NCBI GenBank assembly: GCA_965214605.1
Contig: OZ243961.1
Span: 480,001-544,000 of the forward strand
DNA from: an uncultured Candidatus Binatia bacterium
GTDB taxonomy: Bacteria; Desulfobacterota; Binatia; Bin18
Reading direction: 5' to 3'
Length of the DNA stretch: 64,000 nucleotides
Shown piece after piece: positions 30,619-40,167 of the stretch. The translations under genes were made by a program, and so were the position numbers. Each line of letters starts with the position of its first letter. Position 1 is the first letter of the stretch. Under the pieces are notes generated by a model. The model searched no databases and was not told the DNA's origin. It was given only the letters and a program-made list of their open reading frames with translations.

Positions 30619-31464
30619 TTACGAAAACTTGTCCACAAACTGGGCATAGCGATCGAGCTGTGGCAGGACCTTGTCGGCGGTTTGTGGACGTGCGCCAAAC
30701 ACGACCCGGTCCACGCCCAGGTCTTCATACCGGCGCAACAGATCCTCTTTACCCGGCGCACTGAAGATGGCCACCGACAGCTCTTGGGGATCGCGGCCAG
30801 CCTGCTGGGCTCGGCCGCGCAGGTCGGCAAGGCTGGCGGCCAGATCTTTCATCACCAGACCGATCGGAATCCAGCCGTCGCAGTAGCGCACGACCCGGTT
30901 CATACCGCTTGAGGTATGCGTGCCTAACAGAATCGGTGGGTACGGCTTTTGGAGCGGCTTGGGATGGCACCAAATGGGATCGAAGTTCACAAACTCCCCG
31001 TGGTATTCGGCCTCTTCTTCGGTCCAGATGACCTTCATCGCCTCGATCTTTTCGCGCAGCACTTTCCAGCGCCGGTCGAACGGCGTGCCGTGGTTTGCCA
31101 TCTCTTCGGCATTCCACCCACCCCCGATACCGACAATCAGTCGCCCCTTAGACAGCCAGTCAACCGAGGCGACCTGTTTGGCCAGCTTGATCGGGTCGTG
31201 TTCGATAACCAGACAAATACCACTCCCGACCTTAATGCGGGTTGTGGCCGCAGCGGCGGCCATCAGGGCCACAAACAGGTCGTGGGCATGCCAGTATTCT
31301 TTGGGCAGCTCACCGCCGATCGGCCACGGACTTTTGCGGCTGGCCGGGATGTGGGTGTGTTCGGGGAACCAGACAGACTCAAAGCCGCGCTCTTCAACGG
31401 CATGGGCAAAATCGTCGGGTCGCATCGAGTAGTCGGTGGAAAACATCATCATGCCGAGTTTCAT
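30619..31464 (-). CDS. LLM-class probable F420-dependent oxidoreductase (Rv2161c-like), paralog 1
   Basis: GFESVWFPEHTHIP, LAKQVASVD, GIGGGWNAEEM. Confidence 0.9.
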   Translation of the reverse strand: MKLGMMMFSTDYSMRPDDFAHAVEERGFESVWFPEHTHIPASRKSPWPIGGELPKEYWHAHDLFVALMAAAAATTRIKVGSGICLVIEHDPIKLAKQVASVDWLSKGRLIVGIGGGWNAEEMANHGTPFDRRWKVLREKIEAMKVIWTEEEAEYHGEFVNFDPIWCHPKPLQKPYPPILLGTHTSSGMNRVVRYCDGWIPIGLVMKDLAASLADLRGRAQQAGRDPQELSVAIFSAPGKEDLLRRYEDLGVDRVVFGARPQTADKVLPQLDRYAQFVDKFS

Positions 31465-31494
31465 ACGACACTCCAGAGCGGGGGGGCCTAGCGA

Positions 31495-32340
31495 CTAGGC
31501 AAATTGGGGAACCAAGGCGGCATACCGGTCGAGTAGCGGAAGGACTTTGTCGGCGCCCTCAGACGGCGCGCCAAAGATAGCCCGCTCAACCCCAAGGTCC
31601 TGATACTGGCCGAGCTGTGCCTCGTCATCGCTAGCCATGAACATGGTGATCGACACTTCATCCGGCGAGCGACCAGCCTTTTCCGCCCGTCCACGCAGAT
31701 CGGCCGTCATCTCCTTGACGTCTTTGAGACCTCCACCAACCGGGATCCAGCCGTCACAGTAATTGACCACCCGGTTGAGGCCGCTTGAGGTATGCGTGCC
31801 CAGCAGAATTGGCGGATAGGGTTTTTGGACCGGCTTGGGATGACACCAGATCGGGTCGAAGTCCACAAACTCGCCATGATACTCGGCCGCTTCTTCGGTC
31901 CAGATGACCTTCATCGCCTCAATCTTCTCGCGCAGCACTTTCCAGCGTCGGTCGAACGGCGTGCCGTGGTTTTCCATCTCTTCGGCGTTCCAGCCACCGC
32001 CGATGCCGAACAACAGACGCCCGTTCGACAACATGTCAACTGAGGCGACCTCTTTGGCCAATTTAATGGGGTCATGTTCAATGACCAAGCAGATACCGCT
32101 CCCGACCTTGATCGTCTTGGTCACTGCGGCCGCAGCCATGAGCGACACAAACAAATCGTGGGTATGCCAATAATCGCGTGGCAACTCGCCACCCAAGGGC
32201 CACGGACTTTTCCGGCTGGCCGGAATATGGGTGTGCTCAGGGTACCACACCGACTCAAAGCCACGGGCTTCACACTCCTTGGCAAACTGATCCGGCGGCA
32301 CCGCATAATCCGTGGCGAACATTGCAACTCCCAATTTCAT
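31495..32340 (-). CDS. LLM-class probable F420-dependent oxidoreductase (Rv2161c-like), paralog 2
   Basis: Near-identical tandem copy: GFESVWYPEHTHIPASRKSPWP. Confidence 0.9.
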   Translation of the reverse strand: MKLGVAMFATDYAVPPDQFAKECEARGFESVWYPEHTHIPASRKSPWPLGGELPRDYWHTHDLFVSLMAAAAVTKTIKVGSGICLVIEHDPIKLAKEVASVDMLSNGRLLFGIGGGWNAEEMENHGTPFDRRWKVLREKIEAMKVIWTEEAAEYHGEFVDFDPIWCHPKPVQKPYPPILLGTHTSSGLNRVVNYCDGWIPVGGGLKDVKEMTADLRGRAEKAGRSPDEVSITMFMASDDEAQLGQYQDLGVERAIFGAPSEGADKVLPLLDRYAALVPQFA

Positions 32341-32508
32341 AGCTGCCTCCTGAACTCTATCCCTCATCTCACTGCCCTTCATGCCAAGTTGCGTCACCCA
32401 GGTCAAGCATAAGCCTGGCCTGGGTCAGGCCCCCGTCCAAGTCGGAACTTGCAGAGCCCGGCAAGAAGCAGTACGGTTATGCGAAGAGTGAAGCGCAGGA
32501 GGTCCGCT

Positions 32509-33126
32509 ATGCTCACGCTCCATTACCACCCGCTGTCAACCTTTGCCCGCCGGGTCCGCATTGCGCTGATTGAAAAAGGGCTAGATACGGAGACCAAGTT
32601 TGTTGAAGTCGATATGATGGCCGGGGCTCACAAACAACAGCCCTATCTCTCACTTAATCCCTACGGCCGAGTGCCGACTCTGCAAGAAGACGACGGCATT
32701 GTCCTGTACGAGTCGACCGCCATCTTGGAATATATAGAAGCCCTCCATCCAACGCCACCGCTGGTTCCGACCGATGCGCGTGAACGGGCTCGCGTCTCGC
32801 AGCACATGAAACTGTGCGACCTCCAGCTTACCCGTCAGACTACTACGATCATCTTTCCCAAGCGTTTTCTGCCCCAGGACAGGTGGAACGCGGCGGCCAT
32901 GGCCGAGGCCAAGCAGGAAATCGAGAGCCATCTAGAGATTCTTGACCACGAGCTGCTGGGCACAGACTACGTGGTCGGCGATCGCTACAGCTTGGTTGAA
33001 GTGTGTTACACCCCGTTTATCGAATTCTTCCCCCTGATGGAAATTACGCCTCCTCCTCACGTCGCCGCCTGGACTGCCCGGATACTAGCCCGGCCCAGCG
33101 CTCAAGCAACCAAACCGGACCGCTAG
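32509..33126 (+). CDS. Glutathione S-transferase family
   Basis: LNPYGRVPTL, LYESTAILEYI; AGGAGG RBS. Confidence 0.92.
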   Translation: MLTLHYHPLSTFARRVRIALIEKGLDTETKFVEVDMMAGAHKQQPYLSLNPYGRVPTLQEDDGIVLYESTAILEYIEALHPTPPLVPTDARERARVSQHMKLCDLQLTRQTTTIIFPKRFLPQDRWNAAAMAEAKQEIESHLEILDHELLGTDYVVGDRYSLVEVCYTPFIEFFPLMEITPPPHVAAWTARILARPSAQATKPDR

Positions 33127-33159
33127 GCGTTTTTCCCCACCTGGATAACTCGACAGGTC

Positions 33160-34220
33160 AAAACCTGTTGTGATTGATGCCGTTGGACATATTTTAGAAC
33201 CGCCCGGTCTGTAGCAACGCTCTCTTGCCCCCCCTCTTGCAACCGGGCCCTGCGGCTCGCCGCAGACGGACACGGACTTGAATATCTCAAAATCGACCAG
33301 CAAAAGAGCCGTCTGTTGCAGGCGGAACACTCGCTTGGGCGCCTCTCAGGATCCGCGTGGGCTGATGACGTCTGGAAAGGTGACCTACTAGGAAGCGGCC
33401 CGACGCACGCCCGGTGGTATTGATCCCGATGAGCGCATCAGAGAGATGGATGAGGAAGGTCTTGATAGTGCCCTGCTCTATCCAAGCCGTCGGCATCTGC
33501 TGGGAGGGTGAGTATCACGATCCCCAGCCATCGGCCGCTGATTGCCAAGCGTATAACAATAGATATCGTAGACTTTTGCTCCGGCCATCTCGATCGGCTG
33601 ATTCCAATCGCCCAGATCAACCTGCGCGACGTCAATCTGGCCATTGCCGAGGTCGAGCGGGTGAAGAACAAAGTCAAAGGGCTGTTCTACACCCCCTTCC
33701 CGACCAACGGGATTCTGATGGGGGCCGCCTATTGCGCTCCCTTCTGGGCGTGTGTCGAGGCCTCTGGCCTACCTATCTCAGGTCCAAGTCCGACCGGATT
33801 TTCCGGGTGTGGTCTATCTGCATGCAGATCACCGAGGACTCGCGCTTAGGCCTCAACTGTCTCTTCAAGGGCGGTGTCCTGGAACGCTTTCCGAACCTGC
33901 GCTACGTGGTCCTGGAAATCGGCTGCGGCTGGCTGGAACACGCTGACGGCAAATACGACGCGTTTTCGTTCAGCACCCCAATGCACCAAAAATCGAGTCA
34001 GCTGTTTCGCCAGAGCTGCTGGATTTCGGCTGACGTTGACGAGACCATGATTCCCGAAGTCCGCCACTGGAGCGGGGTTCAGCACATACTGCGGGCAACG
34101 CCACATCTCGACGCGCATAAGGACCCCCTTATTGCGCTGAACAAAAACCTCAGCGGACTCTCGCCCACGGAACAGGAATGGATTCTGGGGAGAGCTGCGG
34201 CCGAATTATACCGGCTGTAG
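33160..34220 (+). pseudogene. Amidohydrolase_2 family pseudogene
   Basis: VVIDAVGHILEPPGL* (TAG where Trp is usual), then DPDERIREMDEEGLDSALLYPS / CQAYNN / IVDFCS..DRLIPIA / GGVLERFPNLR in shifting frames. Confidence 0.85.
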
Positions 34221-34229
34221 GAGGAAACG

Positions 34230-34706
34230 ATGACAGACCACAGCCAGGCCATGTTGAACGAGGTGATGGATCGGGACCATATTCGTGAGGTGGTGCATCG
34301 CTATTGCAGGGCAGTCGATAGAGGCACGCTAGAAGACGTGATGGCCCTATTTGATAACGAGTGTGATCTCCTGCTCATCCCAGGCAACAAACGCGCTGGA
34401 CGGCAGGCCGTCGAGCGCTGGTACAGCCGCTATATGAGCCATCGTTTAGAGTGCCTGCGTCATCTGATTCACAACCAGATCATTACACTTAACGGCGACC
34501 GGGCGACGTCCAAAAGCTACTTTGACGCGGTCGGCGCCCTGCGTGGCGAATCTCTCGTTGTCGGCGGTTTTTACGAAGATACGCTGCGGAAAGTCGCCGG
34601 CCAGTGGAAGTTCAGCGAAAAAATTATCCGCGTCGACTTTATGGTTCCCCTGAGCGAGGGGTGGGGTGGAGAAAAGATGAAAACCAAACCGTGGTGGTAC
34701 GACTGA
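34230..34706 (+). CDS. SnoaL-like / NTF2-family protein
   Basis: DRDHIREVVHRYCRAVD...GGFYEDTLRKVAGQWKF. Confidence 0.85.
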   Translation: MTDHSQAMLNEVMDRDHIREVVHRYCRAVDRGTLEDVMALFDNECDLLLIPGNKRAGRQAVERWYSRYMSHRLECLRHLIHNQIITLNGDRATSKSYFDAVGALRGESLVVGGFYEDTLRKVAGQWKFSEKIIRVDFMVPLSEGWGGEKMKTKPWWYD

Positions 34707-34757
34707 ACACAGCCCGCCCGGCAGCGTTTTGCTGACCGCCCCTAACGCTCCCGATTC

Positions 34758-35846
34758 TCACTTCTCATCGGCCGCTTTCCGCTCCAACCAGCGCCCGTGG
34801 GCGTGCGCATCAGCCCAGTACACCCTGCGGACCCGGCCGTCTACAAAGTCTGTCAGATACAGGCGGCACCACCCCTGGCGCACACCTTCCATGGTAAGAA
34901 ACGCGACCGGCCGAGACCGAGAGCACGCGCTGAGCAGGTCTTGGAGAGTTTGACGCGCCTCGGCCGAGAACTGATTTAACACCATAGTCGCGTATAGACA
35001 CAGCTGGCTGTCAGACGGCACGTCTTTGAGCAGGGCTGGAAGCCGTACGACGGCATCACCGCTTATTGTGGGAACCGGATGCGCCTTAGCGACCCGGACG
35101 GCGGCTTCAATCGTCCGATGCCGCTCGACATGCTCAGGAAAAATGAGGGCGCGTATCCAGCGCAGGGCTGAGACATCATTCACGTCGAGCGGGTTGAGAT
35201 CAATGCCGCGACGCCACGAAACACGGATGGTAGGGGGGAAGACAGGCAGAGGAGTCGTACCTCGGACCACGGTCGACAGATGGACGGGAGAGCCGACATC
35301 TCCCCAACTGTACTGTTCTCCCGAAGGGAGATCATAGCGGTGATAGTAGCGGTCCCAGTGTAGATTTAAGCCAGCGCTCGTGCCAATTTCAATCAAGGCT
35401 AGCGGCTGGTCGGCGGCACGTTGCGCCACCTCGGCAAACAGCGGCAGCAGACAGGTCGTCCGCCGTACGACATTGGTCTGTACTAGACGCGTTTGGAGCA
35501 CGGGACGGATACGCTCAAGCTGGCTCCAGACAAAATCCTGGAACAGAGCGTAGGTCTCGGCACTGGGCGGACGGGCGGGCCGGTCGTCCATCAACACATC
35601 GGGGTAGTACTCGCGCAGCGGGTGCTGCACCCCACTCAGCAGGAGTTCGTGGACCGCTGCGAACAATAGATTGGCCGAGGGTTGGGACGGTGGGCAGGAC
35701 GCAGCCAAGCGCAGCATGTCCGGATCGTTCAGCACCCCACGCGACAGGACTTGATACAGGGGGGAAGCATTTTCCAGGGCTTGGTGCTCACCAAAATTGC
35801 GAAAATAGCGACGGACTTGAGCAATATCACTCTGCGGGCTACCCAT
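34758..35846 (-). CDS. DUF2332-family protein
   Basis: SPLY..L, LLFAAVH, VQTNVVRR, EIGTSAGLNLHWD, GIDLNP, AHAHGRW. Confidence 0.8.
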   Translation of the reverse strand: MGSPQSDIAQVRRYFRNFGEHQALENASPLYQVLSRGVLNDPDMLRLAASCPPSQPSANLLFAAVHELLLSGVQHPLREYYPDVLMDDRPARPPSAETYALFQDFVWSQLERIRPVLQTRLVQTNVVRRTTCLLPLFAEVAQRAADQPLALIEIGTSAGLNLHWDRYYHRYDLPSGEQYSWGDVGSPVHLSTVVRGTTPLPVFPPTIRVSWRRGIDLNPLDVNDVSALRWIRALIFPEHVERHRTIEAAVRVAKAHPVPTISGDAVVRLPALLKDVPSDSQLCLYATMVLNQFSAEARQTLQDLLSACSRSRPVAFLTMEGVRQGWCRLYLTDFVDGRVRRVYWADAHAHGRWLERKAADEK

Positions 35847-36148
35847 ATCCTTCCTCACAGGGCCCAAAAAATACCTCCCGCACCCGCCGCCAATCAGAAC
35901 TAGCCAGGCCGGAAGCCGCCGTACCGACACGAACCAAAAACAATCCCACTATAACATCGTACTCAGACCGAATGCCATGTGTATTCACACCGGATCAGAA
36001 AAGGCTGCCAGCAATAGGCCAACCACGCTGGCATCAATCTCCGCCGCCGCATCTCGAAAAAGAAACCTTGGATCGGGACGTGGTGTTTGTCTCTGCGTTG
36101 GGCATATCGACCGTTTTGTCTCAAACGATCGTCTGATACAAGAGAGCC

Positions 36149-37336
36149 ATGAACACACAGGAAGCCAGACCATCAGCCGACCCCGACACGTTTCTTGAGG
36201 TCATCCGTGACCTTACCCCCCAAATTCAGACTCGGATCGTACAGATGGAAGCGGACCGCCGCTTACCAGCCGAACTCGCTCGCGCCATGGCCGAACTCGG
36301 CATCTTTCGCCTCATGATTCCCAGGCGCTTGGGAGGTCTGGAGATGGATCTTATCCCAGCCCTCCATGTCTTTGAGGAACTCGCTCAGATAGACGGCTCG
36401 ACCGGTTGGTGCGCGATGATCGGCGCAACCGGCGGCACGACCAGCGCCTTTTTGAGCGAAGAGGTGGCACGGGAAATCTATGCCAGCGATCCCAACGTTA
36501 TCACCGCCGGCGCAATTGCCCCATATGGCCAAGCGCGGCCGATAGACGGCGGTTACCGGGTGACCGGTCGCTGGCCGTTTAACAGCGGCTGCCAGCATAG
36601 TCAGTGGTTGATGGGCACGAGTGTGATTGTTGAGAACGATCAGCCGCGCAAACTGCCAAACGGCTATCCGGAAACACGGATGATGATCTTTCCGGCGGCC
36701 GAAGCCGAGATTCTTGACACCTGGTCGGTGTCCGGTCTGCGCGGGAGCGGCAGTCACGACATTAGAGTCCAGGATGTGGTTGTTCCTGAGGAACGCGCCG
36801 TTGCCTATGGATTCGGCAAACGCTACCACTCGGGCCCCTTGTATGCCTTCCCTATTTTTGGACTGCTCGCCGTCAGCGTTGCCAGTGTGGCCACCGGTAT
36901 GGCCCGTGGAGCCATCCAGAGCTTTATCGAGCTGGCAAAAACCAAGCGTTTGACCGGCAGCACCCGTCTTCTGAGCCAGCGTGCCGTCATCCAGCTCGAG
37001 GTGGCGCAAGCCGAGGCACAGCTGCGGGCCGGGCGGGCGTTTATGTTTGAGACGGTCCAAGACGTGTGGGACAGAGTGGTGGCCGGGCAACAGATAAGCC
37101 AACGTCACAGAGCCCTCCTGCGTCTGTCCGCCTGCCACGCTACTACCGCTTCCGCCCAGACTATTGACCTGATGTATCAAGCGGCCGGAACCGGAGCGAT
37201 TTGGGACACCAGCCCACTTCAGCGCCACTTCCGCGATGTGCACATGATCACCCAGCACGCCGTTGTTGCTCCCCCCATCTCAGAGATTGCGGGAAAAATC
37301 CTGCTAGGACTCGAAACGACTTTTCCAATGTTGTAA
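36149..37336 (+). CDS. Acyl-CoA dehydrogenase-fold flavin-dependent hydroxylase (HsaA-like)
   Basis: DGSTGW, GRWPFNSGC, DTWSVSGLRGSGSHD, LQRHFRD. Confidence 0.88.
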   Translation: MNTQEARPSADPDTFLEVIRDLTPQIQTRIVQMEADRRLPAELARAMAELGIFRLMIPRRLGGLEMDLIPALHVFEELAQIDGSTGWCAMIGATGGTTSAFLSEEVAREIYASDPNVITAGAIAPYGQARPIDGGYRVTGRWPFNSGCQHSQWLMGTSVIVENDQPRKLPNGYPETRMMIFPAAEAEILDTWSVSGLRGSGSHDIRVQDVVVPEERAVAYGFGKRYHSGPLYAFPIFGLLAVSVASVATGMARGAIQSFIELAKTKRLTGSTRLLSQRAVIQLEVAQAEAQLRAGRAFMFETVQDVWDRVVAGQQISQRHRALLRLSACHATTASAQTIDLMYQAAGTGAIWDTSPLQRHFRDVHMITQHAVVAPPISEIAGKILLGLETTFPML

Positions 37337-37405
37337 AGGACAAGACTAGCCGAACGAATTGTCAATCGCTGAGTGCGCGAAGACAGCGGACAGGAGGTTA
37401 TCAGC

Positions 37406-37813
37406 ATGGCGCGAAAAGTTGAAAAAACAGAGGAAGAGTGGAAAGAGGTCCTCACCCCAGCCCAGTTTGCCGTGTGTCGGGGCAAAGGAACCGAGCCAGC
37501 CTTTAGCGGCCAATATGCCCACTCCAAGGACCCTGGTATATACCAGTGTTCGTGCTGTGGTGCAGACCTGTTCGACTCCGATACAAAGTATGAGTCAGGC
37601 ACGGGCTGGCCGAGTTTTTGGCAACCGCTCAGTGCCGACAGCATTGAGACCGAGCAGGATCGGAGTTGGGGCATGGTCCGCACAGAGGTGATGTGTCAGT
37701 CCTGCGGTGCCCATTTAGGCCACGTCTTTGAAGACGGTCCAGAGCCGACCGGCCTGCGCTATTGCATGAATTCGGTATCGCTAAAGCTGGCGTCCAAAGA
37801 GCGCAAAGACTAG
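37406..37813 (+). CDS. msrB: Peptide-methionine (R)-S-oxide reductase
   Basis: GTEPAF, KYESGTGWPSF, HLGHVFEDGP, RYCMNS. Confidence 0.97.
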   Translation: MARKVEKTEEEWKEVLTPAQFAVCRGKGTEPAFSGQYAHSKDPGIYQCSCCGADLFDSDTKYESGTGWPSFWQPLSADSIETEQDRSWGMVRTEVMCQSCGAHLGHVFEDGPEPTGLRYCMNSVSLKLASKERKD

Positions 37814-37864
37814 GCAGCATACGTGACTTTGCGGGCTGCTGAGGCAGCGCCACCAGCTCGGGAC

Positions 37865-38815
37865 CTACACCGGCAACCCCGTTGTCTCGGCCAAGCCCAA
37901 CATCAGGTTTAAATTCTGAATAGCCACCCCACACGCCCCTTTGCCCAGATTATCGAGCATTGCCACCAACAGAATATGGCCCGAGGGATGGGGAAGCACG
38001 TGGATCTCCAGCCGATTGGTATCATTACACGCCTGAGGATTGAGGCTGCGCTCCTCAATGGTCAAGCCTTGTGGCATGAGCTTGACAAAGGGCTCGTGCC
38101 GATAGCGTTCGTGCAACACCTCCCACACCGCCTTGCCAGTCGTCCCAGGCGGCAGCAGCGAAACGTGGAGCGGCACCTCGACCCGCATCCCGCAGCGGAA
38201 CGGTCCGACGGCCGGCACAAACTGTGGGTCGTACTGCAGCTTTGCATAACGCACCATCTCCGGGATATGCTTGTGTCGGCTGGCTAGGGCGTACGGAGCC
38301 TCGTACGGCAGCTCGCTTAGCCCTAACTGAGGATTCTCCCATTTATCAATCAGCGCCCGCCCGCCTCCCGAATAGCCGGACAGGGCGTGAATAGACAGCC
38401 CGGCCTGAGGGGTGACAACAGCAGCGTCGATCAGCGGCCGAACGAGTAGCACAAAGGCAGAGGCATAACAGCCGGGGTTGGCGACCCGTTGGGCGCTTCG
38501 GATAGCCGCCCGCTGCCCGGACCGGAGCTCGGGCAAACCGTAGACCCAGCCTTGCGTCACCCGGTGTGCACTGCTGGCGTCAATCAGGCGAGTCCCGCCG
38601 TCTTTGATCCAGTCGGCAACCCCTTGGGAGGCCTCGTTTGGCAAACACAGCACAGCGACATCAGCGGCCCACAGGCATTCCCGACGCGCAGCCTCACTCT
38701 TGCGCCGCTCCTCGGCCACGCTTACAATTTCAAGATCGCGGCGGTTAGCCAGCCACTCCCTGATACGTAGGCCGGTCGTACCAACGTGACCATCAATATA
38801 GATCTTTGGAAGCAT
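37865..38815 (-). CDS. argC: N-acetyl-gamma-glutamyl-phosphate reductase (type 2)
   Basis: IDGHVGTTGL, IDASSAHR, VANPGCY, SGYSGGG, DNLGKGA. Confidence 0.95.
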   Translation of the reverse strand: MLPKIYIDGHVGTTGLRIREWLANRRDLEIVSVAEERRKSEAARRECLWAADVAVLCLPNEASQGVADWIKDGGTRLIDASSAHRVTQGWVYGLPELRSGQRAAIRSAQRVANPGCYASAFVLLVRPLIDAAVVTPQAGLSIHALSGYSGGGRALIDKWENPQLGLSELPYEAPYALASRHKHIPEMVRYAKLQYDPQFVPAVGPFRCGMRVEVPLHVSLLPPGTTGKAVWEVLHERYRHEPFVKLMPQGLTIEERSLNPQACNDTNRLEIHVLPHPSGHILLVAMLDNLGKGACGVAIQNLNLMLGLAETTGLPV

Positions 38816-38870
38816 GTTGAGAGGCCCCTTTGTCCACTCTCGCGTTTCTGCCCCTGGCGTCGCCAAGCGG

Positions 38871-39995
38871 CTAGGCCGCCGGCTGAGCCTCAAGACTCTC
38901 GAACCAGGGCAGCACTACAGTCTCATTAATACGGTAGGGGTAGGCGTGACCCCAGTCCGGAATTTCACGAAATGTTATCGGATAGCCGAGTCCGCTGAGC
39001 AGCTGTTGGGTCTGGCGGGCAAAGGCGATCGGAAAGATGGGGTCCTGTTCGCCGTGTACGAGCAGGATGGGTAAGTCTCGGCCCCGACCGCGGCGCAGCA
39101 ATTGATCGGCCGCGGTGTGGAGCTGCGAAGAAATCGGCGCAATTCCGGCAAACAACTGGGGAAAGGTTAGCCCCAGAATATGGGTAAAAATACCCCCGTC
39201 GGAAAAGCCAGAGGCGTAGACACGGCTGCGGTCAACCGCGTAGGTCTGCCACACCTCGTCAAGCATAAAGCGGATGGACCGCAGGTCAATAATTGGATTG
39301 GGCGCCGTGCCCGGCGTGCGAATGGCCGACCAGGTCTCACGGGACGATTTCGGCGACAGCAGCAAATACCCCTTGCTCTTGGCCAGACGCAGCCAGGTCA
39401 GAATGTAATCGTCGTCTCGACTATAGCCGCCGTGCAGACACACGATGAGCGGCCACTTTCTCTGCGGCGTATAGTTCTCGGGCACATAGAGCGAGTAGGC
39501 ATAGCGCTGATCGGTCTGTTCTTTACGGATCAGCCCGACCGGGACGTCGAGGTTCGGGCTTTGGGTTTCCAGGCGGGCCAGCTCGGATAGCGCCTCGGGC
39601 AGCACCCAGTACTGTTGGAGGAGCGGCAGATCGTCTCGGATGCGATACAAAACCTGTTTACCGAGACACAGAAAAAAGCGGCCCTTTAAAAAACGGATGG
39701 CAAAGTCTCGGCCAACCGCACTCACAAAAGCACCGTAGGCGTTTGCGCAGTGCTCAACCGCTTTCGTAAAACTGGCATGGAAATCGGTCAGGTGCCGGGG
39801 AGGAGCGAGTCCGGCTAGAGCGATCTTGATGCCGTGAAACAGCTCACCGACCGTGGCTTCTAAGGCCTCACGCTGCTCGGCTAGACGCTCCATATGGAGC
39901 TGCTCCTGATAGGTCTCCATCGTCCACAAGAAGGATAACAGCTTTTCTTCAAGCTGATGGATGCCGGCGGTATAGTGTTCAGTTGCCCCGTCCAT
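38871..39995 (-). CDS. Phospholipase/carboxylesterase-type alpha/beta hydrolase with helical N-terminal extension
   Basis: PLIVCLHGG, GFSDGG, HGEQDPIFP, WGHAY. Confidence 0.85.
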   Translation of the reverse strand: MDGATEHYTAGIHQLEEKLLSFLWTMETYQEQLHMERLAEQREALEATVGELFHGIKIALAGLAPPRHLTDFHASFTKAVEHCANAYGAFVSAVGRDFAIRFLKGRFFLCLGKQVLYRIRDDLPLLQQYWVLPEALSELARLETQSPNLDVPVGLIRKEQTDQRYAYSLYVPENYTPQRKWPLIVCLHGGYSRDDDYILTWLRLAKSKGYLLLSPKSSRETWSAIRTPGTAPNPIIDLRSIRFMLDEVWQTYAVDRSRVYASGFSDGGIFTHILGLTFPQLFAGIAPISSQLHTAADQLLRRGRGRDLPILLVHGEQDPIFPIAFARQTQQLLSGLGYPITFREIPDWGHAYPYRINETVVLPWFESLEAQPAA

Positions 39996-40167
39996 TGGTC
40001 CCCCCTTTGTTGCTTCGCTCCTTGGGGTGGTCACCCCCTGCAAACACTGTTGCCAGAGTGTCACAAGCGCGACCGAAAAGGCAAGCCGACTCTCTCAAAC
40101 TTGGACTGCCGACCGCGGCCCTCGGACGGGTTGTCAATAGACGTCTATTCTTGCTACACACACGAGT

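Noticed and set aside
33190-33220. In-frame TAG as possible recoding (pyrrolysine or readthrough) in the amidohydrolase
   Set aside because: It falls at a usual Trp position and is accompanied by several frameshifts, so it is an ordinary pseudogene lesion.
36263-37258. Long antisense ORFs (331 aa here; also 27318-28121 and 58487-59326)
   Set aside because: They lie fully opposite well-supported genes in GC-rich DNA and have no motifs; shadow ORFs.
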